Source: Bacillota bacterium (lineage in GTDB: Bacteria; Bacillota; Clostridia; Christensenellales; UMGS416). From it: a stretch of DNA of 64,000 nucleotides. The position numbers were made by a program, and so were the translations under genes. Shown in pieces: positions 29,442-40,100 of this stretch. Where the stretch lies: positions 23,983 to 87,982 of the forward strand of contig JAEWRW010000049.1 in the NCBI GenBank assembly GCA_023398815.1, given 5' to 3'. The notes under the pieces are model-generated. The model was given only the letters and a program-made list of their open reading frames with translations, did no database searches and was not told the origin of the DNA. How positions within the stretch are numbered: the first letter of the stretch is position 1; every line of letters starts with the position of its first letter.

Positions 29442-30729
29442 CACCTACGAATGTATGTCGCGCGAGGAACTGGACAGGCTCAAACTGGATCGGTTGAAGA
29501 AGACCGTCAACCATGTGTACCAGAATGTGCCCTTCTACCGCGCCAAGATGCAGCGGGCCGGCGTGCTGCCCGGCGACATCCGCACGCTGGATGACATCTG
29601 CCTGCTGCCCTTCACCACCAAGCAGGACCTGCGCGATAACTACCCCTTCGGCCTTTTCGCCGTGCCACAGAGCGAGATCGTGCGCATCCACGCCTCGTCG
29701 GGCACCACGGGCAAGCCCACGGTGGTGGGGTATACCCAGGGCGACCTTAGCAACTGGAATGAACTCATCGCCCGGTGCCTGGTGGCCGCCGGCGGCGACA
29801 AACACTCCGTCATACAAATCGCCTACGGCTATGGCCTCTTCACCGGCGGCCTGGGCGTGCACGGCGGGGCCGAAAGGCTGGGCGCCACGGTCATCCCGAT
29901 CTCCGGCGGCAACAGCAAGCGGCAGGTCATGCTTATGAAGGACTTCGGCACGACCATGCTGGCCTGCACACCGTCCTACGCCCTCTACCTTGCCGAGACA
30001 CTGGCTGAGGAAGGCATTCCGCTGGCCGATCTCAAGCTCCGTTGCGGCGTCTTTGGGGCCGAACCCTGGACGGAAGGCATGCGCCGGCAGATCGAGCGGC
30101 GCCTGGGCATCCGCGCGATGGACATCTACGGCCTGTCGGAGGTGATGGGCCCTGGCGTGGCCATTGAGTGCCAGGAGCAGGATGGTCTGCACATCTTCGA
30201 GGATCATTTCATCCCGGAGATCATCAACCCCACGACCGGCGAGCCCATGGCCGAGGGGGAGAAGGGTGAGCTGGTGTTCACCACCATCACCAAGGAAGGG
30301 ATCCCGGTCATCCGCTACCGCACGCGGGACTTGACAAGCCTGACCTATGCCCCCTGTGCCTGCGGCCGCACCCACGTGCGCATGCAGCGGGTGCTGGGCC
30401 GGTCCGACGATATGCTCATCATCCGGGGCGTCAACGTCTTCCCCACCCAGGTGGAGGGCGTGCTGGCCAACTATGCCGCCGTGGAGCCCCATTACCTCAT
30501 CGTGGTGGAGCGCCAGGGGCTACTTGACACCATGGAGGTATGGGTGGAGATGTCGGAGGCTCTCTTCTCCGACGAGGTGCGCCAGATTGAGGAAGTGCGC
30601 CACCGCATCACCGCCGACATTGAATCGGTGTTGGGCGTGGGCGTCACGGTCAAATTGGTAGAGCCCAAGTCCATCGAACGCAGCCAGGGCAAGGCCCGCC
30701 GCGTCTGGGACAAGCGTGTTTATGACTGA
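29428..30729 (+). CDS. phenylacetate-CoA ligase family (aryl/indole-acetate--CoA ligase)
   Basis: ATG at 29428 overlaps the iorB 3' end. PaaK-type N-terminus ...[29 protein letters not shown]...[22 protein letters not shown]-binding SSGTTGKPT. Confidence 0.9.
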   Translation: MVWNSTYECMSREELDRLKLDRLKKTVNHVYQNVPFYRAKMQRAGVLPGDIRTLDDICLLPFTTKQDLRDNYPFGLFAVPQSEIVRIHASSGTTGKPTVVGYTQGDLSNWNELIARCLVAAGGDKHSVIQIAYGYGLFTGGLGVHGGAERLGATVIPISGGNSKRQVMLMKDFGTTMLACTPSYALYLAETLAEEGIPLADLKLRCGVFGAEPWTEGMRRQIERRLGIRAMDIYGLSEVMGPGVAIECQEQDGLHIFEDHFIPEIINPTTGEPMAEGEKGELVFTTITKEGIPVIRYRTRDLTSLTYAPCACGRTHVRMQRVLGRSDDMLIIRGVNVFPTQVEGVLANYAAVEPHYLIVVERQGLLDTMEVWVEMSEALFSDEVRQIEEVRHRITADIESVLGVGVTVKLVEPKSIERSQGKARRVWDKRVYD

Positions 30730-30745
30730 AAGGGAGGATGGGACC

Positions 30746-31168
30746 ATGGTCAAACAAATCTCCGTCTTTCTGGAAAACTCCCGGGGGAAGCTCGCACACA
30801 TCACTGAGACGCTGGGCCAGGCCGGTGTTGACCTCTACTCGCTCTCCATTGCCGACACGGCAAGCTTCGGCATCCTGCGCATTGTGGTGAACGACACCGA
30901 CCGGGCGCTCAAGGTGCTGCGGGATGAGGGGTATGCCGTCAACGTGGCCGAGCTCATCGCCATCGCCGTGCCCGATGCCCCCGGTGGGCTGGCCCACGCC
31001 CTGCGGCCTTTGAGCGAAGCCGGCGTGGGGGTGGAATATCTCTACTCCTATGTGCGCAAGTCATCCCAGAGCGCCCTCATTCTCTTCAAGACCGACAACG
31101 TTGCCCAGGCGGCCGCCGTGCTGGAAGGCACGGGCATCCCGCTGTTGGGGCAGGACGAGCTGGCTTAA
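30746..31168 (+). CDS. ACT-domain protein
   Basis: ATG at 30746 after GGGAGGATGGG. Tandem ACT-like repeats (QISVFLENSRGKLAHITETL... and IAIAVPDAPGGLAHALRPL...). Confidence 0.8.
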   Translation: MVKQISVFLENSRGKLAHITETLGQAGVDLYSLSIADTASFGILRIVVNDTDRALKVLRDEGYAVNVAELIAIAVPDAPGGLAHALRPLSEAGVGVEYLYSYVRKSSQSALILFKTDNVAQAAAVLEGTGIPLLGQDELA

Positions 31169-31179
31169 CCAGCCATTGA

Positions 31180-31206
31180 CGGCCCGCGGGCAAGCCAGGC
31201 GGGCCG
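31180..31206 (+). terminator. GC hairpin after the ACT gene (possible terminator lacking a U-tract)
   Basis: cggcccgc-N11-gcgggccg. There is no T-run downstream, so the function is uncertain. Confidence 0.3.
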
Positions 31207-31224
31207 AGCATTCAGGAGGAAGCC

Positions 31225-32334
31225 TTGCACAGAAGCCAAGCCATCGTCGATCTCTCGGCGATCAAACACAACATTGCGGTCGTGCGGCAGGCGCTGCCGG
31301 CCGACACGGCCATCATGGCCGTGGTCAAAGCCAATGGCTACGGCCATGGGCTGCTGGCCGTAGCCAACGCCGCTCTGGACGCGGGCGCGACCTACCTTGC
31401 CGTGGCCGATGTCTACGAGGGGTCGGAGCTGCGGCATCGCGGTGTCACCGCCCCCATCCTTGTCATGGGAGGCATGCTGCCCTCGCTGGCCGCCATCACC
31501 GTGGAGAATGGCATGACCCAGACCGTCTACTCCACCGAGATGGTGGATGCCCTGCAGGCCGCCTGTACGGAGCAGAGCCGGCAGGTCAAGATCCACGTGA
31601 AGGTGGAGACGGGCATGAACCGGCTGGGCGTGCGGCCCGGCGGCGAGCTCGACGCCCTGCTGGACGCTGTGGCCCAGTCGCCCGATGTGCGGCTGGAAGG
31701 ACTGTTCAGCCATTTCTCGGTGTCGGAGATTTCGGACAAGTCCTTCACCAAGGCACAATATGAGCGCTTTCAACAGGCCGTGGAGCAATGCGCGGCGCGG
31801 GGCATCCACCCCATTTGCCACATCAGCAACAGCGGGGCCATCCTCGATTGCCCCTTTGCCACGCTCGACATGGTGCGACTGGGCATCGCCATGTATGGCA
31901 TGTACCCCGATGGGGGCACCGTTGGCGAGCTTCGCCCCGCCCTTTCCTGGAAGACCAACGTCGTGCAAGTGAAGACCGTGGAGGCCGGCGATACCGTGAG
32001 CTATGGCCGCATCTGGACGGCGGAGAGCCGGCGCGTCATTGCCACGCTGCCGGTGGGCTACGCTGACGGATACCGCAGGCTCTTTGGCAACCGGGCGGAG
32101 GTCTTGATCCACGGTCGGCGGGTGCCGGTTGTTGGGCGGGTGTGCATGGATCATTGCATGGTTGATGTCACCGGCATCGATGGCGTAGCCGTGGGGGACG
32201 AGGCCGTGCTCATCGGCCGGCAGGGTGAGGAGACCATCACCACCGAGGAACTGGCCGCCTGTGTGGACACCATCAACTATGAGATCATCACGACCATCGG
32301 CGAACGGGTCAAACGGGTGTACCGCGATGAGTGA
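31225..32334 (+). CDS. alr: alanine racemase
   Basis: TTG start 4 nt after AGGAGGA. PLP-lysine motif AVVKANGYGHG. C-terminal VCMDHCMVDV. Confidence 0.9.
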   Translation: MHRSQAIVDLSAIKHNIAVVRQALPADTAIMAVVKANGYGHGLLAVANAALDAGATYLAVADVYEGSELRHRGVTAPILVMGGMLPSLAAITVENGMTQTVYSTEMVDALQAACTEQSRQVKIHVKVETGMNRLGVRPGGELDALLDAVAQSPDVRLEGLFSHFSVSEISDKSFTKAQYERFQQAVEQCAARGIHPICHISNSGAILDCPFATLDMVRLGIAMYGMYPDGGTVGELRPALSWKTNVVQVKTVEAGDTVSYGRIWTAESRRVIATLPVGYADGYRRLFGNRAEVLIHGRRVPVVGRVCMDHCMVDVTGIDGVAVGDEAVLIGRQGEETITTEELAACVDTINYEIITTIGERVKRVYRDE

Positions 32335-32926
32335 ACGGCAGGGGGAGAAGGCGGCCATTCGTGCGGAGGTGCTGGAGCGCCGGGCGGTGTTGACTGCGGG
32401 GGAGAGGGCGCACCTCTCCCGGCAGATCTGCGGGCGCATTGAGGAACTGCCAGCCTTTGCCACCGCTGGTGTCGTGCTCTTCTACATGCCCGTACGGGGC
32501 GAGGTGGATGTGCTGCCCCTGCTGCGCCAGGCCCTCAAGCAGGGCAAGGCCTGCGCCATACCCCGGTGCGTGGGCAACGACTTGGAGTTTTACTGTATCC
32601 AATACCTTGACACCGATGTGGAGCCCGGCCTCTGGGGCATCCCTGAGCCAAAATTGGTACCGGAGAACCGTTGTGTTCCCGGCCCGGATTCTGTTATCAT
32701 CATGCCAGGGGCGGCGTATGGCCGCAACGGCGCACGCATCGGATACGGCGCGGGCTACTACGATCGCTTTTTGCGGTCGTTGCCGGTACGCCCCGCCACC
32801 ATTGCACCGGCATATGGTTTTCAGGTCTACGACAGCGTGCCCCAGGAACCCTGGGATCTGCCGGTGGACCGCATTGCGACCGAAACGGAGACGATTGTCT
32901 GCCACAAAGGGGAGGAACACCCATGA
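32327..32926 (+). CDS. 5-formyltetrahydrofolate cyclo-ligase
   Basis: ATG at 32327 overlaps the alr 3' end. MPGAAYGRNGARIGYGAGYYDRFL is the MTHFS signature. Confidence 0.85.
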   Translation: MSERQGEKAAIRAEVLERRAVLTAGERAHLSRQICGRIEELPAFATAGVVLFYMPVRGEVDVLPLLRQALKQGKACAIPRCVGNDLEFYCIQYLDTDVEPGLWGIPEPKLVPENRCVPGPDSVIIMPGAAYGRNGARIGYGAGYYDRFLRSLPVRPATIAPAYGFQVYDSVPQEPWDLPVDRIATETETIVCHKGEEHP

Positions 32927-33558
32927 CCAAACGCCTGGCGAAACTCGCCTTCAAGCTTCTTTCCGTCCATTTCCTGATGACGTTGCTGACGTTCTTCATT
33001 CTGCCGGGACTTTTCGGCATCTCCAGCAACACGGTATACCTGTGGTGCGCCACGGCGTTCTTTGCCGCCGGCCTGTGGCTTTTGGCGTGGTACGAAGCCG
33101 CCAGCGCTGGGCAGAAGGATGTGCAGAAGGACAAGATCATAGCCCGGCGGGTGGAGCAGGAGGAGGGCTTTGTCCCCCAGGGGGAGGAGGGGCGGCTCTA
33201 CCAAAGCTGGATGGGCTTTGCCGCCGGCTTCCTGGCGGAGGCACCGGCCCTACTGGTCACCGTGGTTGCTCTTGTCTCCAGTGAGCAGCTCAAGGACATT
33301 CTCACGTTTGCGTTGGCCATCTGGAACGTGTCCTACCAACAGATTCTCAACACTCTGAGCAGCTTCCAACCGGCGCTTTTCCTGGCGTTCCCACTGGTCT
33401 ATGCGCTGGTGGCCGGTTTCGGTTACCGTAGCGGCCCGGCCCGGCAGCGCCGGACGGAGACGATCATCGAGCGCGGCAAGAGCCGCAAGGCTCGCCTGGT
33501 GCGGGAGGAGCAGGCCAAGGCCAAGCGCCAGCGGCCGCCCCGCCGCGTCGTGCGCTAG
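32923..33558 (+). CDS. hypothetical membrane protein with basic C-terminal tail
   Basis: ATGA overlap with the preceding gene. About 4 hydrophobic segments. Tail is RQRRTETIIERGKSRKARLVREEQAKAKRQRPPRR. No family recognised. Confidence 0.6.
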   Translation: MTKRLAKLAFKLLSVHFLMTLLTFFILPGLFGISSNTVYLWCATAFFAAGLWLLAWYEAASAGQKDVQKDKIIARRVEQEEGFVPQGEEGRLYQSWMGFAAGFLAEAPALLVTVVALVSSEQLKDILTFALAIWNVSYQQILNTLSSFQPALFLAFPLVYALVAGFGYRSGPARQRRTETIIERGKSRKARLVREEQAKAKRQRPPRRVVR

Positions 33559-33625
33559 CGGGCACTAAACATCAGCTTCACAGCGGGAACACCCTGTTCA
33601 TTCCTCGGTTTCCGGGCAAAAGGGG

Positions 33626-33648
33626 AGCCGGAGCCATTGGCTCCGGCT
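33626..33648 (+). terminator. hairpin / probable terminator after the membrane-protein gene
   Basis: agccggagcc-att-ggctccggct, a 10-bp stem, followed by gttgggg (poor U-tract). Confidence 0.45.
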
Positions 33649-33781
33649 GTTGGGGAGAGGAGAATTTTGAAGGAAGAACGATGCGGAGAATCTCCTGCAA
33701 GGGCGCGACTGCCCCGCCGCTTCCTGCAGTAGGAATTGTCCCCAGCCCTAACAGTTTTATACATGCGGTTACGAATTTTCT

Positions 33782-33803
33782 CCGGGGCAACCCGGCTTTT
33801 TTT
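33782..33803 (+). terminator. short terminator-like hairpin with a T7 run immediately upstream of the addB RBS
   Basis: ccggg-gcaa-cccgg followed by cttttttt. It lies 6 nt before the AGGAGG of addB. Confidence 0.4.
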
Positions 33804-33818
33804 GTCAGGAGGTGTGAG

Positions 33819-36800
33819 ATGGGACTGCGCTTTGTGGTGGGCCGCGCCGGTTCGGGCAAATCGGCCTGGGTGTATGGGGACATCGCCGCGGGGCTTTCAC
33901 CCGCCGGGCGGTCGGTTTACTTGGTGGTGCCGGAGCAGTACACCCTGCACACCGAGAAGGAACTGATGACGGCACTGGGCGCTCCGGGGCTCATGCAGGT
34001 GCGGGTCGTCAGCCCCACCCGCCTGGCCGAGGAGGTCTTTGCCCAGGTGCGGCAGGAGCGTGCCAAGGAGATCGGCGAGAGCGGCTTGGCCATGGCCCTG
34101 CGTGCCAGCGCCGCTGCCGTGGCCGGCGACCTGCAGGCCTATCGTGCCGTGCTGGGGTACCATGGCTTCTCACTGGAGATGGTGCGCCTCATTGCCGAGT
34201 GCCGGCGCTTTGACATTGGGCCAGATCAGATCGGCGCGGCAGCTGAGCACACCCGGGGTGCCCTGCAGGCCAAGGCGCGGGACATCGCCCTTCTCTACCG
34301 GCAGTATGACGCCTTCCTGCAAAGCCACCGGTTCATCGATGGGGAAAGCCGCTTTAACAGCTTCATTGACAACATCGCCGGCGCGGCCTTTTTGGCGGGG
34401 TGCCGGTTCTATTTTGATGGGTTTGACTACCTCTCTGCCCAAAATTGCCGCATGGTGGTGGCCCTCGCGACCGTGGGGGAGTCGGTGACGCTGGTGATGG
34501 ACGCCGACCCCGCACCGGGGGAGGACGATGAGCTTTTCCAGGCGGCCCAGCGTAACATGGCACGCCTGACGGCCCTGGTGGAACCGATGGGCATGGTGGT
34601 GGAGCGGGTGGCGCTGGATGGGTCGCAGAGGCGAACCCCCATGCCGCCCGACGTAGCACACCTGGAGCAGAATCTATTTGCCCTGCGCACGGAGGTACAG
34701 CCCCGCCGGGGGGATGTGCAGTTCTGCCGTGCCAACACCGTGGAGGAAGAGGTGGAGGCGGCGGCCTGCCACGTGCTGACGCTGGCGCGGCAGCAGGGCC
34801 TGCACTGGCGGGAGATTGCCATCCAGTGCGGCGACCACGATGCCTACGCACCGGTCATCGCCCGGGTGTTCGCGCGTTCTCACATCCCCGTTTTTGTGGA
34901 TAGCCGCCGGCAGATCGCCCGCCACCCGGCGGTGCAGTTTCTGCTGGGTCTGCTGCAGGTGCTGGAGCGCAACTACCGCCCCGCCGATGTGCTGCGGCTG
35001 TGGAAGGCCGGCTTCTTCCCCTTCGACCAGCGGACGGGCGAGACCCTGGAACTCTACCTGACGGCCTTTGGCCAGCGGGGCCGCCGCGCGTGGGAGCGGG
35101 AGTGGACCCGAGGGCAGGACGTCTTTGACCTCGCCGCTCTCAATCGCTGCCGCCAGGTGGTGACGGACGCGGTGGAGACCGTGCGGCAGGCGGCTGGTAG
35201 CGGTCATCCCACTGGGCGCAAGTGGGCCGAGGCCCTCTTTGCCCTGCTGGACACCATGGGGATCGACGCCCTGCTCGATGAGCAGGCGACGGCGCTGCGC
35301 GACGCTGGCCTGCTGGAGGAAGCCGCTGTCACCAGCCACGTGTGGAACAGCATCGTGGACGTGCTGGATGAATTATGCGAGCTGCTGGGCAGCGACCCGC
35401 TGACGGTGGAGGAACTCGCCGACGTGCTGCGCAGCGGTTTTGAGGCCATCGAGATCGGCATCCTGCCCACTGGTGTCGACCAGGTGCAGGTGGGCAGCAT
35501 CGGCCGCTCCAAATACAGCGGCCTGCAGCACCTGCTGCTGTTGGGGGCCTGCAATGGCGCACTTTCCGGCGTGGCTGAGGTCCGCGGCCCCTTCACCAGC
35601 CGCGACATCGACGAGCTGAAGTCCGCCGGGTTGGAAGTCGGGCGTGACTCCGACCTGCGAGACGCCCAGCGGCGTTTCGCCGTCTACCAGGCCGTCACCA
35701 AGGGGGCACGGGGGCTGTACGTCAGCTGGTCGCGCCTGGGGCCTGACGGCGCGGAGGTGGAGCGCGATCGGCTGCTGGTGCGCATGCTGGAGCTGCTGGA
35801 CACCAAGGAAGAGGCGGTGCCCCTGGCTGCCGACCGCATCGCTGCCACGGTGGATGCCAATGGGTTCCGGCACCGGCTCTCGGCCCTGCTGGCGGCCCAG
35901 TGCGCCGGGAAGGAACCGGCAGCCCCCCAGCAAGCCAGCCTGCTTTGGCACCTGCGGGAGCCGGCCCACCGGGAGGACACTGAGCGGGTGCTGCGGCTCT
36001 TCCGCCAGGAGATGGCGGAGGACGACACCATACCGGCGGCGGGCGTGCTCTTCTCCGCGGGGTCGCGCATCTCCGCCAGCCAGTTGGAGACCTTCGGCAA
36101 CTGCCCGTTCCAGCACTTTGTCACCCACGGCCTGCGCCCCGTGCCCTGGCGGGAGTATGGAGTGCCCAGCACCGAGGTGGGCAACTTCCTCCACCAGGCC
36201 ATGGAGCGCTTCGGCCAGCGCATGCAGGCCGAGCGCATCAACCTGGCCGACGCCACCGAGGACGAGGTGCGCGCCGCCATGGGGCAGGAGGCCGTCGCCC
36301 TGCAGCAGGAGTTTCAGTATGGACTGCTCAACGACAGTGCCCGGCTCCGCTGGACGGGCGGCAACCTGCGGCAGATTGCGGAAATGGCCGCCGACACCTA
36401 CCGCCGGCAGATGGCCCAGGGGCAGTTCCGCCCCTTTGGGCAGGAGGTTCGCTTTGGCAGGGGCGGCATCCCCGCGGCGCCGCTGCGCTTGCCCAATGGA
36501 TCTGTCGTCTACTTGGAAGGCCGGGTGGACCGGCTGGACATCCTGCCCGCCGATGGGTTTGAGTACTTCCGCGTCATCGACTACAAGAGTTCAGCCCGAC
36601 CTCTCACAGTGGAGGATGCCGTGAACGGCTTACAGGTGCAGACCTGGCTCTATGCCTATGCCCTCAGCACCGCTTGGCCGCGCTTCCGGGGCACAACGGG
36701 CACGGCGGCGGCGGCCTATCTCTTCCCCCTGTCCCACCCTTGGGTCAACGATGACGATGAGGTCGACGCCGACCAGCAGATGCGCGCCAAGCTGCAGCTG

Positions 36801-37163
36801 AAGGGCTGGTGCCTCGATGACAGCAGCGTGCTGCAGGCCATGGACAGCGACCTCACCGACGGCACGTCATCCAACCTTTACAACATCAACTTCCGCGCCA
36901 AGAAGAACACCGGCGTATTGCCGGTGGAGGACGCTTCGGCGGTGCTTGGCCTGGTGGTGGAGAATGCCCGGCAGGCCCTCACCGACATGCGCGTCGGGCG
37001 GGTGGCGGTGTACCCCTGGCGCGATGGCAAGGAGACTGCCTGCGACCGCTGCGAGTACCGGGCGCTGTGCCGCATCGATGTGCGGCCCAACCGGCAGTTC
37101 CGGCCGCTGCTGACCCAGGCCGAGGCGCAGGAGAGAGTGAACCAGGCAAAGGAGGGGGGATGA
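33819..37163 (+). CDS. addB: helicase-exonuclease AddAB, subunit AddB
   Basis: ATG at 33819 after CAGGAGGTG. N-terminal FVVGRAGSGKS P-loop. C-terminal RecB-like nuclease with Fe-S cysteines (GNCPFQHF ... CDRCEYRALC). ATGA overlap with addA. Confidence 0.9.
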   Translation: MGLRFVVGRAGSGKSAWVYGDIAAGLSPAGRSVYLVVPEQYTLHTEKELMTALGAPGLMQVRVVSPTRLAEEVFAQVRQERAKEIGESGLAMALRASAAAVAGDLQAYRAVLGYHGFSLEMVRLIAECRRFDIGPDQIGAAAEHTRGALQAKARDIALLYRQYDAFLQSHRFIDGESRFNSFIDNIAGAAFLAGCRFYFDGFDYLSAQNCRMVVALATVGESVTLVMDADPAPGEDDELFQAAQRNMARLTALVEPMGMVVERVALDGSQRRTPMPPDVAHLEQNLFALRTEVQPRRGDVQFCRANTVEEEVEAAACHVLTLARQQGLHWREIAIQCGDHDAYAPVIARVFARSHIPVFVDSRRQIARHPAVQFLLGLLQVLERNYRPADVLRLWKAGFFPFDQRTGETLELYLTAFGQRGRRAWEREWTRGQDVFDLAALNRCRQVVTDAVETVRQAAGSGHPTGRKWAEALFALLDTMGIDALLDEQATALRDAGLLEEAAVTSHVWNSIVDVLDELCELLGSDPLTVEELADVLRSGFEAIEIGILPTGVDQVQVGSIGRSKYSGLQHLLLLGACNGALSGVAEVRGPFTSRDIDELKSAGLEVGRDSDLRDAQRRFAVYQAVTKGARGLYVSWSRLGPDGAEVERDRLLVRMLELLDTKEEAVPLAADRIAATVDANGFRHRLSALLAAQCAGKEPAAPQQASLLWHLREPAHREDTERVLRLFRQEMAEDDTIPAAGVLFSAGSRISASQLETFGNCPFQHFVTHGLRPVPWREYGVPSTEVGNFLHQAMERFGQRMQAERINLADATEDEVRAAMGQEAVALQQEFQYGLLNDSARLRWTGGNLRQIAEMAADTYRRQMAQGQFRPFGQEVRFGRGGIPAAPLRLPNGSVVYLEGRVDRLDILPADGFEYFRVIDYKSSARPLTVEDAVNGLQVQTWLYAYALSTAWPRFRGTTGTAAAAYLFPLSHPWVNDDDEVDADQQMRAKLQLKGWCLDDSSVLQAMDSDLTDGTSSNLYNINFRAKKNTGVLPVEDASAVLGLVVENARQALTDMRVGRVAVYPWRDGKETACDRCEYRALCRIDVRPNRQFRPLLTQAEAQERVNQAKEGG

Positions 37164-40100
37164 CCATGGCGTGGACGGCTGACCAGCGCAGCGCCATTGA
37201 GGCGAGCGAGGGGAACCTGGTGGTGGCGGCGGCGGCCGGTTCCGGCAAGACGGCCGTGCTGGTGGAGCGCATCTGTCGGCTCATCGTAGCCGAGGGGGCC
37301 GATGTGGAGCGCATGCTCATCTCCACCTTCACCCGCGCCGCCGCGGCGGAGATGCGTGAGCGCATTGCCCGCCGCGTGCAGGAGGAAGCGGCTGCCGGCG
37401 GGCCCGAGAGCCGCCGTCTGCAGCGGCAATTGAACCGCATGGATCGCGCGCCCATCGGCACCCTGCATTCGTTTTGCGACACACTGCTGCGGCAGTATTA
37501 TCACCTCATCGGGCTGGAACCCACCTTCCGGGTGGAGGATGAGAACGTCACCGAAAGCCTGCTGGACGAGGTGCTGACCGACGTCATTGAGGAGTGCTTT
37601 GAGGCGGGGGACGCCGTGTTCCTGAACCTGGCGGATTGCTGGGGCGGGCGGGACGGTGAGGGACTGGCCGACCTGGTATCCACGCTCTACCACCGCATTC
37701 AAAACTACCCCGATCCGCTGGGTTGGCTGCGCACCCAAGCCGCCGCCTTTGACTTTGCCCGGTTGGAGGACACCCCCTGGTATGGGGAGCTTGTACGGCG
37801 GGTGGAGGACAACCTTCGCCTGGCCGGGAGCCTTCTGGACACCGCCCTGCAGGAGTGTGCCCTGCCCGGTGGCCCGGCGGTGTACTTGCCCCAGTTGGAA
37901 GCGGAACAGGCCGCGTTGACCGCCCTGCTGGCGCAGTACGACGGCGCGTTGCCACCGCTGGAGAGCCTGACCGGTGTGTTTGGCCGCCTGCCGGCAGCCC
38001 GCGGCGCGGTGGGTGGCGAGCGCAAGGCGGCGGTGCAGAGCCTGCGCAACGCCGCCAAGAAGGCGGTGGAGACCGCCCAGAAGAATCCGCTGCTGGCCGG
38101 GCGCGCTGCGCTGGAGACCCGCACCCATGCCGTTGCCCCCCAGATGGCAGCCCTCTGCCGGGTGGTGGAGGCGTTCGACGAAGCATTTGCGCGGGAGAAG
38201 CGCCGTCAAAACGTGCTCGATTTCAACGACCTGGAGCACCTGGCACTGCGGGTGCTGGCGGATGATGCCGTGCACCAGGAGGTGCTGGAGACCTACGACT
38301 ACGTGTTCGTGGATGAATACCAGGACATCAGCCCCATTCAGGATGCCATACTGCGGCAGGTGGCCCGCCCCGGCCGCTTTTTCTGCGTGGGCGACGTCAA
38401 GCAGGGCATTTACCGCTTTCGCGCGGCTGAACCGGCCATCTTCCTCAGCCGGTTGGAGCGCTGCGGCACGCCCGATGCGCCGGGTGAGCGGCGCATCGAC
38501 CTGGCGATGAACTTCCGCAGTGCGCCGCGAGTGGTGGCGCTCGTTAACTATCTGTTTGATGGGCTTATGAGCCGGCGACTGGGTGATGTCGATTACACCG
38601 GCCCCCACCGGCTGGTGGCCGGCGCGGCAGCTCCACCATCGGCTGGTGACGCCCCGCCGGAGGAGGGCAACGAACTCATCCTCATCGACAACGGCGGTCG
38701 CACCGACCGGGAGCTGACCCGCCTGCAGGAGCTCATTTCGTTGGAGCGGGAGGCGACCGTCATCGCCGCGCGCATCGAGCGCCAGCTGGCCCAGCCTCTG
38801 TGGGATGGCAAGGCGGGCTTGTTCCGCCCCACTCGCCTTTCTGACATCGTCATCCTGCTGCGTTCGGTCTCTGGCGTTGCGGGCGTCTACACCGATGTGC
38901 TGCGCCGCTGCGGCATCCCGGCGGAGGCCGAGGGCGAGGGCGGCTTTGGGGAGCAGCTGGAGATTCAGCTGCTGATGAGTTGCCTTCGTCTCATTGACAA
39001 CACCCAGCGGGATGAGGACCTCATCGCCTGTCTGGCGTCGGTGGTGGGCGGGCTGGAGCTTGCGGACTTGGTAGAACTGCGTGGCGTGTACCGCGACGGT
39101 AGCTTTGCCCAGGCGGTGCTCTCCTACGCCGCAGGGCAGCAGGACACCCTGGCCGAACGCTTACGGGCCTTCCTGCGGCGGCTGGAAGGATGGCGTGCCC
39201 TTGCCCGCCATAGCGACCTGGAGAAACTCATCTGGCAGGTGTTCGAGGAGTCAACCCTCATGGACTGGGCGGCAACGCTGCCCAGCGGCGATGGCCGCCA
39301 GGCCAACCTGCGGCAGGCGGCACTGCTGGGGCGCGGGTTCCCTGGCACGTTGGCTGACTTCTTGCTGCGCTTTGCTCGCCTGAGCTCCAAGCTTAAGCGC
39401 GCCACCGGCGGCGCGCAAATGGAGGCCGTGCGCATCCTCACCGTACACAAGTCCAAGGGGCTGGAGTTCCCGGTTGTCATCCTGGCCAACCTCTCCAAGC
39501 AGATCAATCAGATGGACACCATACAGCCCTTTTTGCTGCATGGCTCATTGGGGCTGGGGCCGCGCTTCCACGACGCCGCCCAACGCACCTACGGCAACAC
39601 ACTGGCTCGCCTGGCCATCCAGGGGCGCATCCATCGGGAGAATTGCTCCGAGGAAATGCGCCTGCTCTATGTGGCACTGACCCGCGCGCGGGAACGGCTC
39701 ATTCTGGTGGCGACGGTGGGTGACCTGTCTGCGGCGCTTACCAAATGGCGGCTGCCGGTTTCAGCGGAGCTGCTGGCCAGCGGCAACCAGAGCTGGCTCG
39801 ATTGGCTAGGCCCCATGGCCCTGCGCAGCCCGGCAGGGGAGGCTTTGCTCGCCGGTGATGACGGCGCGGCCCAGCCACCCCACGATCCGCTTTGGCGCAT
39901 TGACACGGTGGCGGCCGAGGGCATCGAGCGGCGCTTTGTGCCCGTGGGTGACCGGCTGGCGCGGGTGGACGCCCTGATGGCTGCCCTGCCCGACGAAGTG
40001 CCCGCAGACATTGAGCGTGACCTCACCTGGCGCTACCCCTGGGGGGATGTGGCGGCGCTGCCGAGTAAGGTATCGGCGACGTCGCTCCTCGACCGTAAGC

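Noticed and set aside
33681-33818. In-frame upstream ATG (33681) that would add 46 residues to AddB.
   Set aside because: AddB homologs start at the GRAGSGKS P-loop region. ATG 33819 has a much better RBS (CAGGAGGTG). The extension would also run through a terminator-like hairpin.
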